Assembly (NCBI GenBank): GCA_963724345.1
Contig: CAVRUI010000002.1
Location: forward strand, 257-64,256
Source: an uncultured Chloroflexia bacterium
GTDB taxonomy: Bacteria > Chloroflexota > Anaerolineae > Anaerolineales > RBG-16-64-43
DNA length: 64,000 nucleotides
Reading direction: 5' to 3'
The notes under the pieces were generated by a model that saw only the letters and a list, made by a program, of their open reading frames with translations, had not been told where the DNA came from and searched no databases. The position numbers and the translations under genes are program-made. Of the stretch, positions 39,410 to 49,013 are shown piece after piece. Each line of letters starts with the position of its first letter. Position 1 is the stretch's first letter.

Positions 39410-40203
39410 TAAAGAATATCAGAATACTGGGGGTTGCCATTTTGGTCTTGCTGATGGCAACCGCATGCGCGCCGGCCAGCCCCTCGTCGGTGATGAACCA
39501 GGCGACGGCGCACATCATGACCCTGTATGCCGTCCTGACCAACAGCGCTCCCAACTTGAATACGACTCCGACAAATCCGATCGTCCTCGACACGGATACT
39601 CCGGGCATTCCGAGCAACACTCCAACTCTTGCCCCGACCGCAACAGTGGCCGAACTCCCGTCGGTGACGCCGGTGTCGGTTATTCCCACGCCCTGCTACC
39701 GGGCGCATTTTGTCAAGGATGTAACCATCCCGGATGAAACCAAGATGGCGGCGGGGGAGACCTTCGTGAAAACGTGGCGGCTGGAAAATACCGGAACCTG
39801 CGACTGGCCGGCCGATACCCAGGTGGTGTTCCTTTCCGGAGCGCAAATGGGCGCCCCCTCGTCCCAATCGATCGGAGATGCGGTTGACGTCGGCGAGCAG
39901 CGGGACATCAGCCTTACGATGAAGGCCCCGACCGAGGCCGGCACCTACACCGGATACTATATGCTGAAGATCCCGAACGCCGGCCGGTTCGGCATCGGCG
40001 ACGCCGGCAATGAGTCCTTCTACGTGGTCATCATCGTCAGCAGCAGCAAGAGCCCAACTCCGTCGGTGACCAAAACGGTCGGCACGCCGTTGCCCTCGAA
40101 TACCCCCACCGTCACGCCATCCAAGACGTCGACGCCCACCGGGTCGCCGACACCGATCCCAACCAATACCCCGACCTGTGTCGGCGGCTATCCGGTCTGC
40201 TAG
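39406..40203 (+). CDS. lipoprotein with NBR1-like Ig (FW-type) domain
   Basis: Lipobox LLMATAC. CYRAHFVKDVTIPDETKMAAGETFVKTWRLENTGTCDWP, then an S/T/P-rich tail. The ATG overlaps the upstream stop (ATGA). Confidence 0.7.
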   Translation: MIKNIRILGVAILVLLMATACAPASPSSVMNQATAHIMTLYAVLTNSAPNLNTTPTNPIVLDTDTPGIPSNTPTLAPTATVAELPSVTPVSVIPTPCYRAHFVKDVTIPDETKMAAGETFVKTWRLENTGTCDWPADTQVVFLSGAQMGAPSSQSIGDAVDVGEQRDISLTMKAPTEAGTYTGYYMLKIPNAGRFGIGDAGNESFYVVIIVSSSKSPTPSVTKTVGTPLPSNTPTVTPSKTSTPTGSPTPIPTNTPTCVGGYPVC

Positions 40204-40230
40204 ACCGGCCCGAAACGAACCGCTGCACAA

Positions 40231-40256
40231 GATGCCCGAAAGGGCATCTTTTTTTC
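40231..40256 (+). terminator. intrinsic terminator
   Basis: gatgccc-gaaa-gggcatc followed by T7. Confidence 0.75.
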
Positions 40257-40295
40257 CCTCCTCTTTCCTCCCCCGTTTGCCAACCCCCCTCTTGT

Positions 40296-40403
40296 CCCCC
40301 CATATGCCCGCCCTTCTTTTTCCTCCCCCATTTGCTTGTAGACTTTTTTCCTTGGTATGAAAATGATACAAAGCAAATGGGGAGGGGGCGGGCATATGGG
40401 GGG
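40296..40403. repeat. long GC-rich imperfect hairpin
   Basis: cccccatatgcccgcccttctttttcctcccccatttgctt is opposed by aagcaaatggggagggggcgggcatatgggggg. Confidence 0.75.
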
Positions 40404-40565
40404 ACGTGCACTTGGGGGGGGGTGGTTTTTATGCGGAGGTTTCCCTCGATCGAAAGGATGAATTCCCGCTCCCGGGTTATAATCCGCCGCGAATTTGGGA
40501 TACGGGGGATTCTCTTCAGAAGCTTGGCGCACGGAAATTCCCCCCGGCCATTGGAGTCGAACGGA

Positions 40566-41432
40566 ATGATGTTTCCCAAACCTTCGGTTCCGGTCAGCCT
40601 GCGCTGGAATCGAACCTCCTACTTCCTATTGAGCTTGTTCCTGGCGGTGATCGCATTGATCATCGTCGTCTGGTGGCCGCTGGCGGAAGATTACCTCGGC
40701 CAGGTCAACCCGGATTACCCGGTCTGGATGCAGGTGGACTGGCTCCTGATCGGCATCTTCCTGGCCATGTCGATCCTGATCATGTGCGGAGCGGACCTGC
40801 GCACGGATGCCTGGATCGTATTCGTGGCCACCCTCGGCGGATTGACGATCGAAGCCTGGGGAACCCAGACACAGTTATGGACCTATTACACGAGCGAAAG
40901 GCCGCCGTTGTGGATCGTGCCGGCCTGGCCGATCGCGACCCTGGCGATAGACAAAATCTTCCGCGTACTGGCCGCGCTCGCCCGCCGGGTGCCGGAGATC
41001 TGGACGACGCGGCTGTTTTGGGCGGTGTTCGGCGGGTTTTCCCTGCTGATGCTGTTCTACACGCGCGGGACGTTCAATAAACCGTTCACCCTCGCCGCGC
41101 TGCTCTTGTGCGCTTTGATCATCATCTCGCCGGGCAACCGGCGGCATGCGCTGATCCTCTTCCTGGCCGGGGCGGGCCTGGGATACTTCCTGGAACTGTG
41201 GGGCACCACGCGCGAGTGCTGGACGTATTACACCCGCGAAACCCCGCCGCTGTTCGCGGTCCTGGCCCACGGGATGGCGGCGACCGCATTTTGGCGCGCC
41301 GGCGTATTGCTCCCCGTGTTCTTCCGGAAACTTCCTGTGATCCGGATCCCGGGCGGGGTACGAACGCAATCGGAAATGCAGGGCGAGTACATCCCGATAA
41401 CGGAAAGGGGGATAGAGCCACCGGTGATATAG
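40566..41432 (+). CDS. polytopic membrane protein with internal duplication, unknown function
   Basis: Two homologous halves: EAWGTQTQLWTYYTSERPPLWIVPAWP and ELWGTTRECWTYYTRETPPLFAVLAHG. The start is taken at MMFPK (40566). Confidence 0.6.
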   Translation: MMFPKPSVPVSLRWNRTSYFLLSLFLAVIALIIVVWWPLAEDYLGQVNPDYPVWMQVDWLLIGIFLAMSILIMCGADLRTDAWIVFVATLGGLTIEAWGTQTQLWTYYTSERPPLWIVPAWPIATLAIDKIFRVLAALARRVPEIWTTRLFWAVFGGFSLLMLFYTRGTFNKPFTLAALLLCALIIISPGNRRHALILFLAGAGLGYFLELWGTTRECWTYYTRETPPLFAVLAHGMAATAFWRAGVLLPVFFRKLPVIRIPGGVRTQSEMQGEYIPITERGIEPPVI

Positions 41433-41482
41433 ACGTTTTCTAAAAATTCGGCAGCAGAAAAAACATCTCCAAGGGGGAGAAT

Positions 41483-42025
41483 ATGGACTCACACGAGCTA
41501 AATCTTTCCGAACCTGTTTACTTTGTCACGGCCGCCGTCGGCGGATGGAAGCACCTGTTTGCCAACGAGGCCTGCGCGCGCATCGTGTTCGATTCCCTGG
41601 ATTATCTCGGCCGCACCCGCAAGCTTGCTTTGTTCGCATTCGTGCTGCTTCCCTCACACTTGAACCTGCTCTGCCGCCCGCGCGCCGCGAGCATCCGCAC
41701 GGTAGTCGACGGGTTTACCGACTTCACCGCGTCGCGCATGGCCTCCGTGCTCAGGCGGCGCGGGCGCGGTCCGCTCATGCACTATCTGCACGCGCGCTCG
41801 GGCGGCGAGGGGCACGGCGCGCCGATCTGGGGGGACGTGCGGATCGAGGAAGTAAAGACCCGCGGAAAATGCAACGCTCTTCTCGACTTGATTCACAACA
41901 AACCGGTTTCCGCGCAGTGGCGCCTGGCCGCAATCCGCAGCGAGTACCTGTGGTCGAGTGCCTGCTTCTACGATCTGGGCCGGGAGCCGGTGATACCGGT
42001 GATGGATGTAAGGCGGGAGCGGTAG
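41483..42025 (+). CDS. IS200/RAYT-like Y1 (HUH) transposase homolog with substituted catalytic positions
   Basis: COG1943-like layout: VYFVTAAV, FAFVLLPSHLNLL (His59-Leu60-Asn61 where H-U-H is expected), IWGDVRIEEV, DLIHNKPV (Leu136 where the Y of YIxxNP is expected) and SEYLWSS. Confidence 0.7.
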   Translation: MDSHELNLSEPVYFVTAAVGGWKHLFANEACARIVFDSLDYLGRTRKLALFAFVLLPSHLNLLCRPRAASIRTVVDGFTDFTASRMASVLRRRGRGPLMHYLHARSGGEGHGAPIWGDVRIEEVKTRGKCNALLDLIHNKPVSAQWRLAAIRSEYLWSSACFYDLGREPVIPVMDVRRER

Positions 42026-42035
42026 CGTCCCTAGG

Positions 42036-42450
42036 GAGTCATCCCGAGGCTGCTTCAGCGGCCGAGGGATCGGTAACGCATGGATTGGATAAGCGTGCAA
42101 TAAAGAAGGAGTCACCGATCCCTCGCCTTCGGCTCGGGATGACGGTCCACACCGGTCATTCCGAGCCCTGACCTTCAGGGCGAGGAATCGGCTGCGCGTG
42201 CATACAATCACATGTGTTGCCATCCCATCCTCCCTCCCCAACAGCTTTCATCACTAAACGAGAATCCGCCTCGCCCTCCCCCCTTCCCGTTTTACGGGAA
42301 GGGGGGAGGGTAGTTTCGGGTGTTTACAGAGGGATGGTAGTAATGGGAGGGGGGATGGGATGGTTTTTTCGACGCGCATGAATGATGGCAGACATGCTTT
42401 GTGGAAGGAGTCGCCGATCCCTCGGGGCCTGAAGGCCGCTCGGGATGACG
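42036..42450. repeat. cluster of REP-like palindromes downstream of the RAYT-like gene
   Basis: gtcatcccgagg...cctcgggatgac-type arms occur three times (42036-42080, 42108-42155, 42405-42450). Also present: ggtcattccgagccctgaccttcagggcgaggaatc, and ccctcccccttcccgttttacgggaaggggggaggg at 42270-42312. Confidence 0.8.
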
Positions 42451-42477
42451 TTTCCATTTTGATATACAATTTTTACC

Positions 42478-44839
42478 ATGATAACCATCCGTAACCGGTT
42501 CCTTCAACTACAACTTGATCCGGATACCGGCACCTGGAATCTGGCCGCCGCTGAACCCGGAACCGCCGTTCTCGAACACGCCCGCATCGGCGCCGGCTTT
42601 CATGACGGAAACCGCTTAGTGCGGTGGATGCTCGGGGAGATCCCGGGCAAGCCAAAGACCGGCACACGCCTGGACCCGCATCACGGACGCTGCCGGACTC
42701 TCGCGGTGAATGCCGATGCGGGGGGCGGCCTTGCGGTGCGGATCGAATGGAGCCTGCCTCTTGCGCACCCGTTCCTGATTTGGAGGGTGGTCCTGGCCAA
42801 TTCGGGCACCCGGACGCTGCACGTCGACAGTATCGGCATGTGCCTTGCCGGAGAACGAATGGGAGCCGGCGGCGGCTTGCGGCTGCCGGTGGAACCTGCG
42901 CGGCGGACGATGTTTGTCAACGGCTGGCAATCGTGGAGCTGCAGCGGCGGGCGCAAAAGCGGCGACCGCCAGCCGGGGCCAAAACTCGGGCCGATCAACT
43001 CGGCAATGCATACCGGCACGCAGCGCCGGTCGTCGGGACGCGCGGGCCATTTCGTCTCGGATATGTTCGCCGCAATCGGCGGCGACGCGGAAGCGGATCA
43101 GCTCGTGGCGGGATTTCTCGCCCAGCGCGAGCAATTCGGCACGGTGGAAACGTGGCTGGGCGACGACCTCCTTTCCTTGCGGATCGAGGCGGATGCCGAC
43201 GGGGTGCGGCTCGACCCCGGCCGAACCCTGGCCACCGATTTCGCCTATCTCGCGCAGGGAGCGCCCGCCGCGGAATATTTCGACGCGGCGGCGCGCGAGA
43301 ACAACGCCCGCACGCGCCGCGCCGCGCCCGAGGGGTGGAGCTCCTGGTATTACTACTTCACGTCCATCGACCAGAAAAAACTGGAAAGGAACACGGATGC
43401 CGCCGCCGCGCTGCGCCCGCGGCTTCCCCTGCGGCTGATCCAGCTCGACGACGGGTATCAGGCCGATGCCGGAAACTGGCTCGAACGCAATTCCAAATTT
43501 CCGTCCCGGATGGAGGAAATTTCCGCGCGCATCCAGAAAGGCCGGATTCACCCCCGGCGTGTGGATATCCCCGTTCCTGATTGAAACGGGATCCCGGATT
43601 GCCAAGGACCATCCGGATTGGCTGGCGCCCAAGGCGGAAGGGGTGATGTCGAACGTCAAGCTGGCATGGGTGCGCGAAACGCGTTCCCTCGATGTGACCC
43701 GGCCGGAAGTCGCGGATCACATCCGCCGGGTGATCCAAACCGCCGTGAAAAAATGGAAGTTTCCGTTCCTGAAGCTGGATTACCTGTATCTTCCGGCGGT
43801 GAAGGGCGCGCGGCTCGCGGACCCGGCCGTGACCCGGGCCCAGGCGCTGCGCAAAGCGCTCGAGCAGATCCGCGCGGCGGCCGGTGAACAAACCTTTCTG
43901 CTCGGATGCGGCTGCCCGCTTGGATCGGGGATCGGCATTTTCGATGCGATGCGCATCGGTCCGGATGTGGATTCGATCTGGAAGCCGCACCTCTTCCACC
44001 ATACCTGGGCCGGGCTCGGCGATCCGACCCTGCCATCCGCCTTGAACTCGGTGCGCAACATGCTCGCCCGCGCGCCGCTCCACAAGCGCTGGTGGTGGAA
44101 CGATCCGGATTGCCTGTTGGCGCGCGATGCGGAAACCCGGCTCACCGCCGATGAGCGGCGCTCGCTCGCGGCGGCGATCGCCCTTTCGGGCGGCATGGTT
44201 TTGCTTTCGGACGATCTTGCCGCGCTCTCACCCGCGGCGGTTCGGATGGCGCAATCGATTTTCCCGCCGGTGTACCGCGCCGCGGATTTCCCGGCCGGAC
44301 GAGGCGAATCGCCGCCTTCGACGGCGGTGCTCCCGATGCAGGGCGCGCTCGGGAAATGGTGGGTGATCGGCGTATTCAACTGGGCGGACCGCCCCGCCGA
44401 CCGGTTCCTCGACCTTCGGGAACTGACCGGCATTCCCGATGAGCTGTTTGTCTTCTCCTATTGGGATGAAGGGATATTGAAAACCGATGCCGGGCGGCTG
44501 CGCCTGGCGAAATTGCCGGCGCACGGGTCGGTGTTGCTTGCGGTCCGGCCGCGCGGAACCGGGATTCAATATCTCGGATCGAATCTGCATTTCACGCAGG
44601 GGGCGGAAGTGGCGGAATGGAAGGCGTCCCGCGGTACGCTGCGCGCGGTATTGCGGCTGGGGCGCGAGGCCGACGGCGCGATCTGGCTTGCGCTTCCGGA
44701 GGATCCGGTCAAAACTCTATGGAACGGCGCCCCGGTCCGGGTGGAATGCGCGGGGGAAGGCGTCTGGAAAATCCCCGTGCGGATTTCCGGAAAAGGAGTC
44801 ATCGAGATTCGGACGGGCAACCGCGGGGGACGCAGCTAA
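42478..44839 (+). CDS. GH36-like alpha-galactosidase family glycoside hydrolase, frameshift near 43537-43540
   Basis: GWSSWYYYF, LIQLDDGYQ then (ORF 43466-) GFTPGVWISPF, FLKLDYLY and WWNDPDC, typical of clan GH-D melibiase-type enzymes. Confidence 0.7.
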
Positions 44840-44917
44840 AAAGGACCGGCTTGGAAGAATTTATCTTCATCGCAGACTGGGGGCTGTCTATAAAGACCAA
44901 TCGAACACCCACGTGAT

Positions 44918-45012
44918 CTTCATGCCCGCGTCCGCCCTCGCTTCACAACCACTTCAGCTTATGGAAAAAAGGGAAGCTGGAGAGTTCCGCGAGGGCAGGC
45001 GCGGGAATGACG
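44918..45012. repeat. REP-like palindrome (catgcccgcg ... gcgggaatgacg family)
   Basis: cttcatgcccgcgtccgccctcgc is opposed by gcgagggcaggcgcgggaatgacg. Confidence 0.7.
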
Positions 45013-45128
45013 ACCAAAATGGGGCAAGGAATCATCCCCGGAAAAATTCGTTTTTCCACTTTTGAGACCGTCCCGGTCAAAGGGTTATCGGTAAGTGGGC
45101 CTGCCGGTGCAGGGCACGCGCCTGTTTG

Positions 45129-45839
45129 CTATCCCGGGGTCGGCGTGGGAAACGGCGTGCCTTCCTCAACAATTACAGAAACGTAAACAAAATCTCCAAA
45201 GGCATCTCCCAGCTTATTTCTTAACCTCCACCAGCTTCCATACCAGTAATTAAACAACGGCGCTCTCAATTTAACCGTGATATCCACATAGGCGCCCGGA
45301 GAAACGGATTTGGGCAGTTTGGTTTCGGATCCGCGCATCTGCTCGCCGTAGGCGAAGGCGATCGCATACTCGGTTGTCCACGTGCAGACACCGGTGTTTT
45401 TCATCCTCCACGTCTTTTTAAAGTCCTCTCCGGGCTTCAAGACCGTCCCGTCGGGGATGGTCACATCGTCGAGGAATTGGGCATCATCGCACCGGGGGCC
45501 GGTGGTCGTACCCGCCGGACGGACTGCGGTGCCGGAGGTTTCGATCGTGGGCCCGGGGGTCGGGCCGCCGGCGCCATCGGTGTCGATCGTGGGTTCGGCG
45601 GTCGGAGCGCCGCCGGAGTCGACTGTGATCTCGGGAGTCGCATCGGCCGGAGCGGCCGTATCCGGGCTGGAAGATTCCTGCAGCAGGGGAGTGGTTTCCG
45701 GAGTCAGGGCGCTGCCGGTCCAGGTTGGAGGGAGGGATTCCTCCGCGGGAATCGTCGGGGAGCCGGTGTTGGCGCCGCATGCGCTGGACGCAAGGGCCAG
45801 GCCCAGCAGAAGGAAGATTCGGAAACAGGTTCGGAGCAT
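45129..45839 (-). CDS. lipoprotein with NBR1-like Ig (FW-type) domain
   Basis: Lipobox LASSAC. CDDAQFLDDVTIPDGTVLKPGEDFKKTWRMKNTGVCTW. Confidence 0.7.
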   Translation of the reverse strand: MLRTCFRIFLLLGLALASSACGANTGSPTIPAEESLPPTWTGSALTPETTPLLQESSSPDTAAPADATPEITVDSGGAPTAEPTIDTDGAGGPTPGPTIETSGTAVRPAGTTTGPRCDDAQFLDDVTIPDGTVLKPGEDFKKTWRMKNTGVCTWTTEYAIAFAYGEQMRGSETKLPKSVSPGAYVDITVKLRAPLFNYWYGSWWRLRNKLGDAFGDFVYVSVIVEEGTPFPTPTPG

Positions 45840-45941
45840 GGATCACTCTCCCGTTGTAGTATTCCGTTCCATCACCCGGAAATCCCGGCGGACGTATTTT
45901 AATGTCTTTCCGGTTTACCCGCTTAATGAAGCGCCCGGCGC

Positions 45942-46574
45942 CTAGGTATTGGTGGCCGTCGCCGTCGGCGCCGTGGTGGCGGCGCTTCCCGGAACGGTGA
46001 TCTTGACGGACACCCACTCCCCAAAGAAAACCCCGTCCGCATTCTTCAAGCGCCAATAGCCTGTTTGGGTTCCGGGGGTGGTCGGAGCCGACAGCCCCAC
46101 GGATATTTCGACCGTGCCTCCGGGCTCGACTTCCTGGGGCACGTAGGTGATGACGCCGTCCATCCGGGCGCCGCTCGAGTAATCGAGAGCGTAGGCGGTG
46201 GTCCAGGGGCAGGTGCCGGTGTTGCGGAGGCTCCACGTTTTGATAAACCCCTCTCCCGGCTGCAATATGGTTCCGTCCGGAATGGACACGTCGCTGATAT
46301 ACATGGAATTATCGCACGCCGGCGGGTTTACCACCGGCGGGCGGGTGGAGGTGCGGGTCACAGTCGGGGTAAGCGAGATCGTTGCGGTGACGGCCGTCGG
46401 AGTAAGCGTGATGGTCCCGGTTGGGACCGGAAGCGTTTCGGTTGGCAGGGCCAGTTCGGTCAAAGCCGCCGCCCGGGTGGCTTTTAAATCATCCGCCGAG
46501 GGACCGGCACCGCAGGCCGCGAGCCCAAGCGCCAGGACGGGCAGGATTGATAAGCGTCGTAATGTTCGAAGCAT
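45942..46574 (-). CDS. lipoprotein with NBR1-like Ig (FW-type) domain
   Basis: Lipobox LGLAAC. CDNSMYISDVSIPDGTILQPGEGFIKTWSLRNTGTCPW. Confidence 0.7.
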   Translation of the reverse strand: MLRTLRRLSILPVLALGLAACGAGPSADDLKATRAAALTELALPTETLPVPTGTITLTPTAVTATISLTPTVTRTSTRPPVVNPPACDNSMYISDVSIPDGTILQPGEGFIKTWSLRNTGTCPWTTAYALDYSSGARMDGVITYVPQEVEPGGTVEISVGLSAPTTPGTQTGYWRLKNADGVFFGEWVSVKITVPGSAATTAPTATATNT

Positions 46575-46711
46575 TTGTCTCCTTTTCCTTCACATATGGA
46601 CGAAGGCATTTTATCACTCGTTCGATTGCGGGCTGAAAAATCGGGGATTTGCGGGTTGCCGGCCATCGGAGGGAATGGAAGGGAGACCATGAAGGTCTCG
46701 CTGAGAAGAAG

Positions 46712-46799
46712 GAGTCATTGCGAGGAGCGAAGAGACGAAGCAATCCCCTGCTTTTTCGAAGCGGGAGATTGCTTCGCTCCCTTCGGTCGCTCGCAATGA
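46712..46799. repeat. REP-like palindromes (cattgcgagg / cgcaatga family)
   Basis: gagtcattgcgaggagcgaagagacgaagcaatc and ggagattgcttcgctcccttcggtcgctcgcaatga, related to 10500-10541. Confidence 0.75.
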
Positions 46800-46801
46800 A
46801 C

Positions 46802-47815
46802 TCAGAAGCTCACCGGCCCCTGCAGCATGCCCAGCAGAAGTTTCACCGAGTAGTCCACGTCCGAAAGGTCGACCATTTCCGAGGGCGAGTGCACGTAGCG
46901 GCACGGGATGGAAAGGCACCCGGTCGGCACGCCTCCGCGTGAAATTTGAATAATGGAGGCGTCGGTCGATCCGTGCTCGAGGACTTCCAGTTGATACGGG
47001 ATGCGCTGCGCGGCGGCCGCGGCGGTCATCCATTCGACCACCCGCGGATCGGAGATCATGCGCTGGTCGCGCACCTTGACCGCCGGTCCCTTGCCGAGGG
47101 CGACCGCCATCGGCGGGCAGCGCGGGGTGTCGCCGGTCGTGGTGACGTCCACCGCCACGGCGATCTCCGGCTCGAGGTGGAAGGAGGCGGTGGTCGCGCC
47201 GCGCAAACCGACTTCCTCCTGGACGGTGAACGCGAACTGCACCTCGTGCAGGGTGCGCTTCAGGCGGCGCATGGTCTCGATCAGGATCGCCACCCCGATC
47301 CGGTCGTCCATCGCCTTGGCGATCAGCCGGCTGCCGGCTTCCGCGTACGGGCGGTCGAACACCGCCATATCGCCCACCCGGACGGGGCAGGTCTCGCGGT
47401 CGGACGCGCCGACATCCACGTACAGGTTGGAAAGCTGCGGCGTGCGCTTGTTGTCTTCACGCTCCTCGACGCCGATTACGCCGGGACGGCCGGAGGCGAA
47501 CCGGACGCGGCTCCCGACGCAGTTGGCGGGGTACACGCCGCCGACCGGAGCCACGCGCGCAAATCCGTGGTCGTCGATGTGCGAAACGATCAGCCCGATC
47601 TCGTCCATGTGCGCCGCCAGCATGATCCGGCGGCCGGATTTGGCCTTGGCCTTCACCACGCCGATCAGGTTCCCGAGCGCGTCTTCGGTGATGTAATCGC
47701 ATTGGCCCTTGATCTCGGCCCGCACGATCTGGCGCAGTTCGGCTTCCCGCCCCGAGGGGCCGTAGCTTTCGGTCAGCTTGCGGATCAATGCTTTCACGGG
47801 ATTTTCTCCTTCCAA
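46802..47815 (-). CDS. M42 family metallopeptidase (TET/FrvX-type aminopeptidase), copy a
   Basis: LTESYGPSGRE, MLAAHMDEIGLIVSHI, DDRIGVAILIE and FTVQEEVGLRGA. Confidence 0.85.
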   Translation of the reverse strand: MEGENPVKALIRKLTESYGPSGREAELRQIVRAEIKGQCDYITEDALGNLIGVVKAKAKSGRRIMLAAHMDEIGLIVSHIDDHGFARVAPVGGVYPANCVGSRVRFASGRPGVIGVEEREDNKRTPQLSNLYVDVGASDRETCPVRVGDMAVFDRPYAEAGSRLIAKAMDDRIGVAILIETMRRLKRTLHEVQFAFTVQEEVGLRGATTASFHLEPEIAVAVDVTTTGDTPRCPPMAVALGKGPAVKVRDQRMISDPRVVEWMTAAAAAQRIPYQLEVLEHGSTDASIIQISRGGVPTGCLSIPCRYVHSPSEMVDLSDVDYSVKLLLGMLQGPVSF

Positions 47816-47845
47816 CCACCCCCGGATTGCCGGGGGATGGTCTTT

Positions 47846-48991
47846 CTAGGAAATGGACCAGATCATCACGTCGTCGACATCCGCGGAGGCCAGCAGAGTG
47901 CCATCGGGAGAGAAGCCGATGCAGACCGCCATCGCCGCCGCTTCCCCGACGAGTTGCCAGTTGGCGGTGTAGCGCAGCCGGATGGCGGGATCGTGAAAAT
48001 TTCCGCCGGTGACGAGCAACGACCCGTCGGGTGAAAAGGCGACGGCATTGGCGATATCCTCGAACGTCTTCAGGATTTTCCCGTCCGCCGTGTTCCATAC
48101 CGTCACGGCGCCTTTGGAGCACCCGAAGGCGTCGCTGACCGAGCAGGAGATCGATGCCAGGAGCGATCCTTCCGGAGAAAGCGCGATCCGGTTGGCCTGC
48201 CGGCCTTTTTGAAAGGTCAGGAGCAATGTGCCGTTCGTAGAATCCCAGATCCGGATCCGGCCGTCGGTGCCGGAGCTATAGAGCCGTTTCCCGTCGGGTG
48301 AGTAGGCCAGGTCGAGGACGTTCTGCCCGGTCACGGGCAATTCCTGGATCACCTTCCAATCGGATGTGTCGTAGATCCAGATCGCTCCATTGGGGTACAC
48401 CCCCAGCCCGCCGAGCGCGAGCTGTTTTCCATCGGGAGAATACGCGAGGGTGTAGGCGGTGCCGGTTCCCTTCAGGGTGGAGACGGGTGTTTTCGCATCG
48501 ACATCGATCACGTAGCCGCGGAAATCCTGCCCCGGGTTGTCGACGACGTACGCCGCCTGCCGACCGTCCGGAGAGAAGGCCGCTTCCCAGACAATCACCG
48601 TCGACCCTGCAAGGTTAAAGATTTGCTCCTGATCCGGCCACCACAGGCTGACAAGGTTGTCGCTGCCGGGCCCGTTGCCGGAAGCAATCAACATCCGGGT
48701 GCTATTGGGAGAAAAGACCGTCGACCGGGTATTGGGATGCGGCATCTGGAACGCCTTCGCGAGATTCCCCGCGTTTCCGGCGTGGATCACGGAGCGCGGC
48801 GTGGCGGTGATGGTCGGCGTGAGCGTGAACGTGGCAGTGGGAGAGTTGGTGGGAGTCCGGGTTTCGGTCGGAAGAGGCGATTGGGTGGCGGTCGGTTGCG
48901 GAGTAGCGCTCGGCAGTACGGCCGGGGTCGTGCCCGGTTGAGACGAGCAGGCCGCGAGGAAAAGGAACAGACCGCAGATCCAGCGATTCAT
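47846..48991 (-). CDS. WD40/beta-propeller repeat lipoprotein
   Basis: Lipobox FLAACS and a P/T linker. Repeated FSPDG / YSPDGK ... IWD / VWN units. Confidence 0.8.
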   Translation of the reverse strand: MNRWICGLFLFLAACSSQPGTTPAVLPSATPQPTATQSPLPTETRTPTNSPTATFTLTPTITATPRSVIHAGNAGNLAKAFQMPHPNTRSTVFSPNSTRMLIASGNGPGSDNLVSLWWPDQEQIFNLAGSTVIVWEAAFSPDGRQAAYVVDNPGQDFRGYVIDVDAKTPVSTLKGTGTAYTLAYSPDGKQLALGGLGVYPNGAIWIYDTSDWKVIQELPVTGQNVLDLAYSPDGKRLYSSGTDGRIRIWDSTNGTLLLTFQKGRQANRIALSPEGSLLASISCSVSDAFGCSKGAVTVWNTADGKILKTFEDIANAVAFSPDGSLLVTGGNFHDPAIRLRYTANWQLVGEAAAMAVCIGFSPDGTLLASADVDDVMIWSIS

Positions 48992-49013
48992 AATATCCCC
49001 ATCCCTTTTTCCA

